A DNA stretch of 64,000 nt from Marsupella aquatica. Its lineage: Eukaryota; Plantae; Marchantiophyta. The stretch is taken from positions 23,931,899 to 23,995,898 of the forward strand of contig OZ316891.1 in the NCBI GenBank assembly GCA_973895155.1. Direction: 5' to 3'. Made by a program: the position numbers and the translations under genes. A model generated the notes under the pieces. That model worked only from the letters and a program-made list of their open reading frames with translations, was not told where the DNA came from and searched no databases. This document shows positions 50,395-62,500 of the stretch, piece by piece. Position 1 is the first letter of the stretch. Every line of letters starts with the position of its first letter.

Positions 50395-51311
50395 TAGCCT
50401 CTCAGCTCTGCCTTCAAGGTCAGCTCCCAATCTGCTGCGCGTCCTTGGCATTACTGTAACAAATACAAGAAGCAATCATTTATCCAACCCAAACACTCAA
50501 TGAAATTCATGCAACCATTTAAGATTCAACTATTTCATACAATCAGATAGTTTAGTCCATTTGAGTTTAGTCCATTAGACACTGTAGTCCACTTCATACT
50601 ATAATCAAACAATTTAGTCCACTTCATGAATACTTAATACTATGTCGTGTTTTCTACACAATTGAAGGCTTATGATCTATTTGAAATAATGAGGTGGCAC
50701 ATCAGAACCCTCTGGAATGACATGGCAATTGCAGTACACCATACGCCATGGACCAATATCCCAAGTTTCTCTACCCTTAACTCCTCTCTTCAGGTGTTTG
50801 TCTGCCTCTGGTCCTTCATCTCTGCACCACGCACGAGGGCACCTACGACACTGGATAAATTCCCAGATGCCATCCCGATACTCCTTGCACACATCACAAT
50901 AATGCCTTGGGCATATCAGAGCAGCGGGATGTGCATCTGAGTTCTCTACATAAGTTATCAGAGGCAACTCGTTCGCCCTCAATATAGTCCGCAGACAACC
51001 CACATGGTAAAAGGAATAGCAATCGTCCTGTGCACACTGAATCACAAGGGGCTCATCTGTAGTGGGTTTCACGGTTCGGCCAAGTAACCCACAAGCAAAG
51101 CAACAAGCTCGGTTCTGCTGACAGAGGTCATAGAGCCACTCCTTGTCCCAATCATGCCCTCTAGAAATGGCAATGCGTGTGCACTCAGGCCCATGGCCAT
51201 CAGGCTCCTCAGCATCCTGCCCATCAACTAAGTAATGAAAATGTCGACTGCAAGGCCCATCGCAGAACAAAACAGTACCTCCCTCATCACATTCAAAACA
51301 ACAGGGGGGAT
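50395..51311. repeat. 917-bp direct duplication, copy 2
   Basis: See 28899-29815. Confidence 0.95.
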
Positions 51312-51375
51312 CCATGCGAAGGTGCTCCTTATGGGCAAACTTGGGATCCAACCAGGCAGCAGCAGCCCGTGCCAT
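50677..51375 (-). CDS. CACTA-1 accessory protein: stand-alone EDM2/NSD-type tandem PHD zinc-finger cassette, about 232 aa
   Basis: CFECDEGGTVLFCDGPCSRHFH..C..(C/Y)DLC..CFACG..IQCAQDDCYSFYHVGC..CPRHYCDVC..IQCRRCPRAWC..WD....RMVYCNCHVI..P follows the EDM2 PHD region as recalled. The ATG at 51375 follows a GTGAGT..TTCAG intron (51480-51377). Confidence 0.85.
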   Translation of the reverse strand: MARAAAAWLDPKFAHKEHLRMDPPCCFECDEGGTVLFCDGPCSRHFHYLVDGQDAEEPDGHGPECTRIAISRGHDWDKEWLYDLCQQNRACCFACGLLGRTVKPTTDEPLVIQCAQDDCYSFYHVGCLRTILRANELPLITYVENSDAHPAALICPRHYCDVCKEYRDGIWEFIQCRRCPRAWCRDEGPEADKHLKRGVKGRETWDIGPWRMVYCNCHVIPEGSDVPPHYFK

Positions 51376-54300
51376 GCTGAAGAAAATAAAATCTACACAA
51401 TTGCCTTCAACATCACTCCAAAGTCCATTCAAAAACCAAGAGACAAACACAAAGAAGGTAAGTGAAGTGTACTTACTCACAGAGCAGTTGAGCCAGCCCC
51501 AGTCGCACCTCCAACCAGCACAGACCTGTGGTTACCACACTCATCAGTCTCCCCAATATTTATTCCCCAATTGCCCCAATATTTATTCTCAGTCTAGCCA
51601 AACCAGCCTGCAGGCCTACACCAGCTATTAAGTTTTCTCTAATGTCCCAGCTGACAAAACAGCTCAGCCTCTGTTGCACTTAAACTAGAACAGAACATAC
51701 ATCTGAAAACATTCTGATCATCACCTCCAAACCTTCCGCTTTAACAAACAAATCACAGCCGTCCGTACATAGCTCTCAATCAATAAACATACAAACCCTG
51801 AGAGACACACCCTATCAAATAACTTTAGGAGAAGTAAATATACTCTACAACTGAATTCTAGGTTTGACATGATTGTATGAATTTTAATGGGTATCCTGTT
51901 CAGGAGATCATTAGTTGAAGTGTTCTAAGCAGCTCCAATTCTCAAATACGCACCTAAGGCCTTAGCAGAATTAATAATTACAGGCTTGTTGCAAAAACTA
52001 TAAGGCCAGACAGGAATACCTTAAGGGTGAAAGGTTTGCAGACAATCTGTAGAGAGTAGATTGCCTACAATCAAATTGAGACGCCCATAAACCCTGCACA
52101 ACCACCACACAACAATCGCACATTGCTGACAGGAAATCACATGAAAGAATGCAGTATAACCAGAAGGGAAGAAGTATAATTCTTCTAAAATTAACGGACT
52201 TTGAAGAGCATAGCAGACCTCAGACATGATTTGCCATTTGGTTCAGACAAAAATTAATGAGACAAGAGAAACAACAAGGTACCCGAACCTTGCAACGGGA
52301 AGGGGAAAAAGGGACACAATGGAGGAAAGAGGAGAAGATGGGCTTTCAAAAGAGAAAACACGACCGAGCAGGGTGAGACAAGCAAGACTTCGTCAAAGGA
52401 CAGAACGCTGGAGTATGAAATCCATGATTACTCTGTTTTTAGATATATTATATTTTCAGAAGAATAAGGAAGCAAGGCCCAGTGGATCCACATTGTCTTT
52501 AAAGGTACTAGCGGGCAATATATAAACATCCAATCCCAAGCCAACAGATATAACATTTCTTGGCCAGCACAGACAGGAAGCTCGAGAGGAGCACAAAGCA
52601 AGCCGCGCAGGGTGAGAGAGAGGCATGAACATGAAAACCTATACAGACCGGAATGAAAGCTCCCTTCAAGCTGGGACTCTGCTCTTGGTTGATCGATGTT
52701 GCTGATACTAGCTAGTGCACTTTACTGAACTGAAAAAAACATTGACAGCATCGGGCAGTGTAAGTGAAAATGAAAGCATTAAGAAGCAACAGTAGTCTCA
52801 GGGATTGAGGTGGGGTTTTAGGTAGCTTTGGCGCAGAAAAAAGTAAGGAGGGAATGCTAGGCATTTCCTAACTAAGACCAGTAGCCCAATCAAGGTGAGC
52901 AGAGCATTAAGTAAAATACAAACGGGGATGCAAAGCAAATGGCAAAGGCATGACAAGAGAAAAGGGAATGGCCAAGGCATGACCACACGCAGCTCAAAGC
53001 CAAAGCAGAAATTCCAGAGCAAAGTCAAGAAGGACCAAAAATGATGTAGCTATACACACCACATCACCCCAGATCACCCCAGATGCCTTCTACTTTTCCA
53101 GTTCCATTGCTGCAGACCCTAATGTCGAGCCCTTGCGCCTGCACACTTGATACCCCCGATCAATTTCATACCATCACAAACAAGTACCGTATGCAATGTT
53201 CAAGAAGATGTTGCATCTGCAACCCAGGTCGAGACCATTTTCAGGGAGCGCAGACGACAGCGCATGTTGATTTGACAGATAAGGGAGCAACATTGAAAGA
53301 AAAGCAAGCTGCATATTGAAGACTTAACATTGAAAGCTACCGTGGGAATACTCACAAATCAGCTGCCAGCGGCCTCCAGTGCAATGCCTCCCACCACCTC
53401 CACGTTCTCCTTCAAAGCCACGCTAAGGTCTACGCTACACACTACACTCACAGGAGAGAGATCGATCAAGGCAAAAATGCAAATCCGCAACCTTAGAGTG
53501 TACTGTATGGAGAAAAAGAGCAATAGGGGAAGAAAAGCAAGGGAAGCAGACACAAAAGCATTAAGCAAAAGACAAACGGGGATGCCAAGCAGAAAGCATG
53601 ATAGGAGAGAAGCAAATGGCTGAGGCATGACAAGACACAGCTCAAAGCCAAAACAAAGAAGGCATACATACCTTCAACCGGAAACTCTCTTTAAGCTCAA
53701 ACAGAAGCTGCAGCAACTTGCAGCTTCCCCTAGCGCTTGATCACACCAACTCACAGCAATCTGTAGTTGCTCGCAGCAGTTTGAGGCAAGTCCCTAAACT
53801 CCCAGCAGCTTGCAGCTCCCACCAACACCTCTCAGCGGCTCCCAGCGAGTCTAACAGCGCACCAGGAAATCTCCTGAGGAACTTCCTTCACAGTCCTAAG
53901 GTGCAACTCGCGACTCTATTCTTGCTGCTTCGATCACAGAAGGTCCTTTCAGGTGAGCGCCCCTCCTTCCTGGTCGCCGTTGCACCGATTGCTGGCAGCT
54001 AGAGTTCCCTTCCACAATGACGGGAGTGTGCGTGTGCTTGAGGTGATCAGCGATGGTGGGCGGTACATAAGGGCAGCAGTAGGGAGTTCCCCCAAGAGTT
54101 ACGAGCCTTTCAGAAATCACGATGGCGGCAGCAAGTAGGAACATAGGAGCTCGGTCCTAGGGCAGCTTCCCACTGCCCACAATAACAAAGTGCGACCCTC
54201 CTCCTCCACCCTAAACCGTAGTCCCAAGTTGCAGCTGAACTCCACAGCATCCGATTAGAAGGCCAAACTAAACTCCCAAGTTGATGAGTGAGTAAGTGCA

Positions 54301-55099
54301 CTCTGCGTCGCGACGATAAACTCTTCGACAAACTGCGCAAAGGAGCAGGAAAACCTCAACATTCGATAAGTTCTTTGTGAAACAGGGAATCCAATGAGCC
54401 GGGTGCTTCCGGCAGTTCCCGCCAGTGACAAAGGCAAGGGCCGGGGGATTGAGGGGATGACATGTGGACGATGGAGATTGCATCCAACTGCGACTATGAA
54501 CGGGAAACTTCAACGGTCCAAGTGAAGGGGTTACTAGGGCCTTATTCCCTCCATAAAGGACTTAATTAAGTATGTGATGTCATTAGGGAGTGGAAAAGGA
54601 CTTTGCACCACCCATAACTATTTTTCTCCCCCAAAAGTGCAAAAATTACTAACACACCCTCTAGAGAAAAACAATTCCAAGAAGCCCCTTTGGGCAATCC
54701 ATCAGCCAAAAAGCATCTCAAATAATTGAAATGTGTGGCTAAGTTAACAGGAGGAGTTAATTGGCAGCCTAAATGATATTTGGCGGTACCTTAACGGAGT
54801 TCTGGGCGTAATTTAGCAAAAGACATAATCTGCAATTTGGGCCCCTTATTTCTTAACTGAAATGATGGAAACTTGGTACGGAGCAGTACAATAAATCATC
54901 TAAATGAGAACTTACTCCAGAATATCTAACATAGATAGTCAAGTGTGTTTGGTATACTAAGGGACCAAAAGCTATCATGACTCTTTTGCCCTCATGACAT
55001 ATATGCAATGGTATGACCCCCATTAAGTGAAGTCTGCCCATATAATGACTCCAACATGGAAACAAAGTAACATAGACTAGATTAGGATCCAGGGTTGAA

Positions 55100-56742
55100 G
55101 TGTACCCTATCCCGCACCATGTGGAGTGGGTAGCATCCCTAATGGCGGGCTACAATCATAAATATTGCCAATCACCCCCAGGAGGCCCCAAAGAGTCATA
55201 TTGTCCATGGCATGCATGACTGCAATAGTGACATCATGAATGACTTATTTTTGTGTCATTTGAATGAATGACATCTCCCGGCACTCCCTAAATGACAAAA
55301 ACCTTTAGTCACGCATAGTAATGACTCAAGATCCCTTACAAATGACCAAATGGGAGTGGTTTGCACTCCTTTGGACAAATGACTCCAAAGTCATACAACT
55401 TGGGAGTGTTTTGCCCAAAGTTGGGTGATGCCCTTCCATGATGCAAAATGTGTGCTTTAAAAAGTGTTGTGGAGGCCAAGTGGCATAACTAGTGGCTTAG
55501 GGTGTACAAGTACCCCATCCCGCACCATGTGGAGTGGGTAGCATCCCTAATGGCCGGCTACGATCATGTATATTAAAAATAAGCCCCCAAAGGCCCCAAG
55601 GAGTCATATTGTCCATGGCAAGCTTGACTGCCGCATTGACATCATCAATGACTCATATTTGTGTCATTTGCTTAAATGACACCGCTCGGCACTCCACAAA
55701 TGACAAAAACCTTCAGTCACATGCACAAATGACTCAAGATCCCTTGCAAATGACCAAATTAGAATGATTTGCACCCCTTTGGGCAAATGACTCCAAAGTC
55801 ATACAACTTGGGAGTGTTTTGCCCAACGTTGGGTGATGCCCTTCCATGATGCAAAATGTGTGCTTTAAAAAGTGTTGTGGAGGCCAAGTGGCATAACTAG
55901 TGGCTTAGGGTGTACAAGTACCCCATCCCGCACCATGTGGAGTGGGTAGCATCCCTAATGGCCAGCTACGATCATGTATATTGCAAATAAGCCCCCAAAG
56001 GCCCCAAGGAGTCATATTGTCCATGGCATGCTTGACTGCCGCATTGACATCATCAATGACTCATATTTGTGTCATTTGCTTAAATGACACCCCTCGGCAC
56101 TCCACAAATGACAAAAACCTTTAGTCAAGTGCACAAATGACTCAAGATCCCTTGCAAATGACCAAATTAGAATGATTTGCACCCCTTTGGGCAAATGACT
56201 CCAAAGTCATACAACTTTGGAGTGTTTTGCCCAAAGTTGGGCCATGCCCTTCCAAGGTGAAAAAGTTGGGTCATAAAAACTATTGCGAGGCCAAATTGAG
56301 ATAACTAGTGGCCCAGAGTTTAGGTGTACCCTACCCCACACCATGTGGAGTGGGTAGCATCCCTAATGTTGGGCTACAATCATGGATATAGCCAATCGAC
56401 CCCCGGAGGCCCCAAAGAGTCATATTGTCCATGGCATGCATGACTGCAACAGTGACATCATGAATGACCTATTTTTGTGTCATTTACATGAATGATGTCT
56501 CCCAGCACTTCCTAAATGACACAAACCCTTAGTCACGTGCACAAATGACTCTAGATCCCTTGCCAATGACTCACAATAGTGGTTTGCACCCCTTTGGGCA
56601 AATGACTCCAAAGTCATACAACTTGGGAGTGTTTTGCCCAAAGTTGGGTGATGCCCTTCCATGATGCAAAAGGTGTGTTTTAAAAAGTGTTGTGGAGGCC
56701 AAATGGCATAACCAGTGGCCCAGGTTTGTCAAGTACCCTATC

Positions 56743-56746
<4 letters not shown>
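55100..56746. repeat. ~408-bp tandem repeat (about 4 copies) near the CACTA-1 5' end
   Basis: GTACCC(C/T)ATCCCGCACCATGTGGAGTGGGTAGCATCCCTAATG recurs at about 55102, 55510, 55918 and 56326, with a partial copy at about 56733. The unit is rich in ATGAC/GTCAT. Confidence 0.95.

Positions 56747-56787
<41 letters not shown>
56747..56787. repeat. (TA)n microsatellite
   Basis: Directly visible; it terminates the 408-bp array. Confidence 0.95.
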
Positions 56788-56788
<1 letters not shown>

Positions 56789-57505
56789 TCCAACATGTGA
56801 AATGTGAATACAGCTTAAGGAATGTAAACAATTCAGGAGTCCTTGGCATATATAGGAAAGATGTAATAAATGGGTGCAAGTATATATAAATATACATACT
56901 TATTAGAGATTATCAAGCCTTTAAGTTGTACATCAATTTAATGATGAGACTCACAACAAAAGAAGGCTTGTTAGGTCTCTAAATGTATTTCAAATCTAAT
57001 ATGTGAGTGCCACTAGTCTTTATATATACTACCATACGTTTTGGATGACTAATCATACCCTAAATCCTAAAACATATACTAAACCATAAACCTCAAAATA
57101 GTCATATGTTGTTTATCATGTCATTTATCACTTTTGGTTTAAATGACTACTAACATTTTTAAACACTGATATTTGCATATTTGATTTATTAGTCATTAGT
57201 CACCGTCGTCTGAAATGACTTCCCATATGTGAAACACTGATATGACAGAGTTTTTGTTAATTGTGTCATTCACAAAGACTGTCCAAAATGACTGCAACTC
57301 ATGATTGCTGTCATTATAGCAGTCAAAGTCATTTGGCTCATTGGTTTAAATGACACTATTACAAGTATTAGTCATTTTTTGCACCCCGTCATTTTGGACA
57401 GTCATTTCAATGTCATTTATGTCATGTCATTTACATATTTTGTCATTTGAGCACATAAGTCATATGTGTCATAGTCATAAAAGGCCCCATTTTCTACTAG
57501 TGACA

Positions 57506-58909
57506 AGGCCCGTCAACAAACCCAAGCGCACGGGAGAGTGATGTGTCTCGATGAGGCACGTCTGAAGATGTTTTTTGGCTTACCCGAGTAGAGTCGCGGG
57601 CTCCTGGGGGCAAGGGAGCTAAATACCAGTCATCTAGCTTCTCGGCCGAAGGGGTAGTGGACAATGGGTTCTTAATGAGGACGTGCCTCATCCCGGAGGT
57701 AGCAGAATGCCTAGAGTTCTAGCAGTATGCCCTCCACATGATGGAACCTAGAGGAGACATATCGGCCGCTCAGGTCATTCAAGTGGAGAACTATCGGCCT
57801 AGGAAGTGGGCGTCCTTCTTCGTCAAGAAGTTCCACGCGGAGATGGAGCGAAGAAGGAAGACTTTGTACCTTGGTGGGAGGGCGTACTTTCCTAGCCACG
57901 TCAAAATCATCCTCGAGTGGTACGCTCGTTTTGACCGCCGGAGCCTCCCACGTCTCAATGAGCCCGAGCTGACCCCGCCAAAATGGGTGTTCCTAGCCCA
58001 GGTAAGGTGACCGCAGCCCGAGGCCCGAAGTCTGGCAACTGCAAGTCCTGCTACCCCGGCCCCGCAACCCACCGCTACCGCCCCGCCAGGCATACCCATG
58101 ACATTATCGCGACCTTAGACGCGATCAATCGGGACAATATATGCCATCAAAGTCGGGCCGGATGAAGCCGTACCCAAAGCAGATGCCACGGTAGTCGGGG
58201 AGATTCCTCCACCCCCTGCGGTTGTGCAGGAGAACCCCCCACCTCCAGTGGAACCAGCCCCTTTGACCAACTTACCTCAAGGGCTGGATGTGTCCACTCC
58301 TACTCCCGCATGGGTTGGAGTCTGCCCGTGCCCGAATCCCAAAGGACATAGTCTAGACCATCCGGAACTCTTTGCGCCGGGCACATTTCTGAACGGGTTG
58401 TTGGGAGATTTCTCACAATAGATCTCTTGGGACACCGGGGAATACATGGCCCGAAGGGTGGCCTACTTCTTCAACCAGGAGTTGGTTGCAGCAATAAGGG
58501 CGGGACATGCGCAGGCAGAGACCGCGTAGAGAATAGAGCGATATCGGGTTGAGTCTACCTACCTAAAGGATGAAGTGGCAACCCTGGAGGCTAAACTCCA
58601 GCAACCCTGGAGGCTGAACTCCAGCAACTATGGCCTCAGGTAACGGCCACGGAAGACCAGGTCGCCAAGGCTAGAGCCCAAGCAGCGTTGGCAGTACAGG
58701 CCGGGCTCGGAAAGGACGCCAAAATTGTGCGGCTCCAAACCAAGATTGACGGTTTGCAGGGGCAAGCCGTCAGTTGGCAGAGGGATCTGGAGGAAGCTGA
58801 CTGTAGGTCTTAGCGGGACACAACCAAGATTGATGCCTTGAAGGCAGAGGTGGCATGGCTTCAAGGAGAAGCCATGACACAGGCCCAGTTGGTGGACAAA
58901 CTGACGAGC
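57506..58909 (+). pseudogene. LTR-like unit A, right part: continuation of the decayed ORF
   Basis: The rejoined frame reads EFIQKFD-KARQQTQAHGRVMCLDEARLKMFFGLP, then NGFLMRTCLIPEVAECLEF*QYALHMMEPRGDISAAQV. This aligns to unit B NGFFRNTCTNPHIGEMIDFLRVTMHCNLPRAEIGKAQV. A P-rich linker and coiled-coil-like region follow. Confidence 0.7.
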
Positions 58910-59514
58910 TATGATGCCTAGCCAGGAATCACTAGGCCAATTAAGTGGGGAAAACAGAGGTGTACCCTAGAAACACATTAGTATAGTAACAAAAACAAAG
59001 AAAATATAAACAATTAAGGGTGACTATGGAACCCGGGCCGAGGCCGGAAGTAAGGACGCCGGGGGAGAGAACATGATTAGGGTTAGGGCGCGCTAAGCAT
59101 CGGCGGCTAGGGGTAACCAACGGGAGGAAAGACCAGAGGAAGAGAGGGGTAAGGACCGCTCGCGAGGAATGGTGGCTCATTTGCAAGCACGAACTGGGCA
59201 GACGACTATGGGAGGCCAACTACTGTTAGCTGCTTAGGCAAGCACTCTGGGCGGGAGCAGATACCAATGATTGACTCAAGGAGGGTATGAGCAACGTCAA
59301 TCAAGCGACACATTTTTGGGGATGCTTGTTTGAACGGGCAACTGAGTACATCGGGACTTACAAGGATGAAGAAGCGGAGAGAGCAGCTCCAGAACGGTAG
59401 GAGCTCGCTCAATTGTGGGAGCTGCAGAAGTCTGCCTTCTTAGGAGGAGAATTCATCAAGGTCGAGTTCTTGTGGACTCCTACTGCCAATCAGCTCGATG
59501 ACCTTCTGTTTTGC
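58910..59514 (+). mobile_element. LTR-like unit C, a diverged copy of the start of unit B
   Basis: TATGATGCCTAGCCAGGAATCAC.. aligns to 29816-30416 up to ..CTTCTGTTTTGC. Confidence 0.85.
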
Positions 59515-59592
59515 TGTGGTGCGTCCCATGGCTCCCTAAACCCAAGAAACCCCCCAGCTCAAGCCGATTCCCGCAGGTTTCGTGCTTGGCGA
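59515..59592 (+). mobile_element. Probable start of another TG-initiated insertion, itself interrupted by CACTA-3
   Basis: Homology to unit B breaks abruptly at TGTGGTGCG; the partner end is not in the window. Confidence 0.35.
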
Positions 59593-62500
59593 CACTAGAA
59601 GAAACCGGCCCATTCTGAGACCCTGCCTTAAGTGACTCTAATGAGACCTTGCAAAATTTGTGACTCCTAGGTTTTGGGTGTCATTATAGTTACAAGTTGT
59701 GGACTGAGTTTTGGAGAATTCTTGGGAAGTCATTTCTATAACTATTGGGGAAGTTGCAACTATAACTAAGTTCAGCCAACAAGAATGAAGTTGTATAAGT
59801 GACTCCCTCTACAATAGAGCGTTATATATGTAAGAGAGCCTTAGGGTTTAACACCACAATCTAACCACATTTGACCCCGCCCAACACATACCATTTAGGA
59901 TATATCCTAATTTTCTTAGTTGTCAATGGGACTAAAGGAGATGCCCTCGGGATATTGTGTGAGTACGCAACTCTACAAGGTAAGTAAAGGTCCTTGGTCA
60001 ATGTCAATGCTAACAGATCTCAAATATATACTCTACATTAGAGTAGACTGAATTACAACATATGTATGCCACAAGTTTACAAGTGTTACAACATAACAAA
60101 ATAATCCCAACTAGCTAGGGTCCCACAATGGCATGCATGTAATATTAATTGGACTCATTTTTGTGTCTAAATGGGTACATTTGAAGTTATCTCCTTGGTT
60201 ATCTCTAACTCTCACATATGCAAGGGCAGGTTATTTTTACTTATTGCACGCCATGCCATGCATACATACCGTCATGTACCCCCTCCACACATTGTTCCAT
60301 CTAGATTCCTTTAATTAAAGGTTCAAAATCACCAAGAACTGGGAATGCAGCTGGAACCTCCATGTACTTGGCATGTCTACATGTTATAATTAGACATATC
60401 TGATAATGGCACCCCACACACTATGCTCATGGAATGAGCATAAGAACTTGTGACAGTCCTTACCTTAATTAATCAAGCAAGGATCTGACGGTCGTAAACT
60501 TAATCAAAGGATGATCTGACGGTTGAAAACAAATATGGGCACATTAAACCAGGTTTAGGGTTTAATGGATTCCTTCACGCCAACTCCCATTGCGCCTTGG
60601 ATTCCTTTGGATTTGCGGACGAGGAGCTGATCGCGCATTCTTTGCGAGGGAAAAAAGGGGGCAGTTTGTCGATCACTAAGGCTGAAGCTGCATTGACAAA
60701 TTGCAATCCCGACTGCAATGGGAGTAGTAGGAGGCAAGAAGAGCGAGTTTAGGGTGTTGCATAGACAAAACAGAATGTGAGTCGTAGGCAACATTCAGCC
60801 ATTGTATGTGTTTAGCATTGATCATAGGCACTGTGGGAGGCACTGCAGGAGGCGTTTGCCACTGCGCAAGGCACTGTAGGAGGCACTTGTTCCTTCAAGC
60901 TGGGAGAGTCAATTTGACGTTCAGCTGCAACCTGGGATCGAGAACCAGGAGCTTCTCATTGCGGTTTGGTGTGCATTTGGACTGTTCTTGCAAAGTGGGA
61001 CTCCAGGCCTGGAGACATTGCATTGATCGCCTTTGGATGTACATTGCAGTCCGACTAGGAGGCTTTCAAGTGGAGCTGGGTTGGAAGTGAGTTGAAGATT
61101 GAGTTGCCATCACATTGCAATAGCGGGGGATTGTTGCTCAGCTTCACATACTGCTACGGATTACTACGCAGCTTCAGTTTGAGCGGCTTGGTGCTGCATC
61201 AGCCCATGTAAGGCTGCAATCCCCTATCTTTGCTATGTGACCTCGCGGCTGCAAGTTTGGTTGACTTCTTTGTGCTGTGAAGCTGTTTTTGACTCAGGTT
61301 CCGGCCAAGTTTCACCAGCGCAAATTTTTCTAAACATGAGTGTGGGCTACAACTGGTGAGGTGGAAGGGATAAGAAAATGCGCTACCGTCATTGACAACA
61401 TCTCAACCTTTTACAGTGAGCGCTATTGACATTCGGCCGGCTGTAAGTGTATTTCAAGCTTGACTTTAACTTGCCATCTGCATGAACCGGCTTGCAATAG
61501 ATGTTGTAGCTTTTGCTTAGCTGCATTCACCTCCCAAGATGCCCCGTGACATCCAGGTTTGCACAATGAGATAATAAGGCTGAAATGATAAGGTAGTGAT
61601 TGCCAATGGATAAAAAGCTTTATGAGAGTTGCTTCAACGTTCAGCTGCAAACTAGGATTAGGAACCAGGAACTTGTCGCGGCAGTCCAGCTTGTTTACTT
61701 GGAGCCGGAGCTGGAGTCAAGTTTCACATGTTTCTTGTTTAGTGACAGAGTACTTCTGAGAAATGTGACAGCCCCTGTGAGAGCTTTCGGCACCAGTGAG
61801 GTAAAGGGTGTTCTTACTCATGCAATAGTCACTTTGACCTTCTGAGTTTCAGCAAATTGAGTTTCAAGTGCGGGCACTGAGAGTTGACCTGTTTGAGCTG
61901 GGGTCACTGAGAGTTGAGCTCTTTGAGCTACGGTTACAAAGAGTTGAGCTGTTTGAGATGCGGTCTCATAAGTGAACTAGATCCTCCCCCGTGTAAACGT
62001 CTAGCATAGTCACATGTCCAAGCTTTGCTTTTGACTCTGAATATATTCATTGTCAACCATTGAAGGAGCTACGTGCATGAATTGTCTACTTATTGGGTTG
62101 TTTAGGGATTCAATATACAAAAATGACAACTTGAGTAAGGCAGTCTACGGAGGCGCGAAAGAGTCGCGAGGAGTCGAGTTCAGCTACGGCAGTATTCACT
62201 TCAGTTGTCTCAATGTGGTTGGCGTGAGCTGCAGGTGAGCTTAGCTGTGTGCACATTTCATGTAAGTCAGGTGGTCGGTGTTTTAGGCATTGCGGAACTT
62301 GATTGACCACCCCATGGCTAAGGTTTAAGGTGCGGACTACAACAAATATGTGTTGTTGCTGAAAGTGTTGGTGGTGAGCGACAACTGGTATTGTTTCAGC
62401 TAAAGGGAGCACATTGGAGCTTGTGTATCCATGACCTGCGACCGATTGCGGTTGCCTGCTGTTACAATTGCCGAATCAATCACGCACCCAATCTTGCGGG

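Larger units (their letters stand above)
13817..57502 (-). mobile_element. CACTA-1 (En/Spm) element, about 16.5 kb after subtracting nested inserts
   Basis: Left TIR CACTAGTGGAAAAT; right end ATTTTCTACTAGTG (reverse complement CACTAGTAGAAAAT). TSD ACA at 13814-16 and 57503-05. Both subterminal regions are rich in ATGAC/GTCAT, and TnpD and TnpA genes lie inside. Confidence 0.95.

Noticed and set aside
28899-51311. 917-bp repeats as LTRs
   Set aside because: The ends are TA..AT, there is no short TSD, and both copies are continuous with CACTA-1 internal sequence and cut through the PHD gene.
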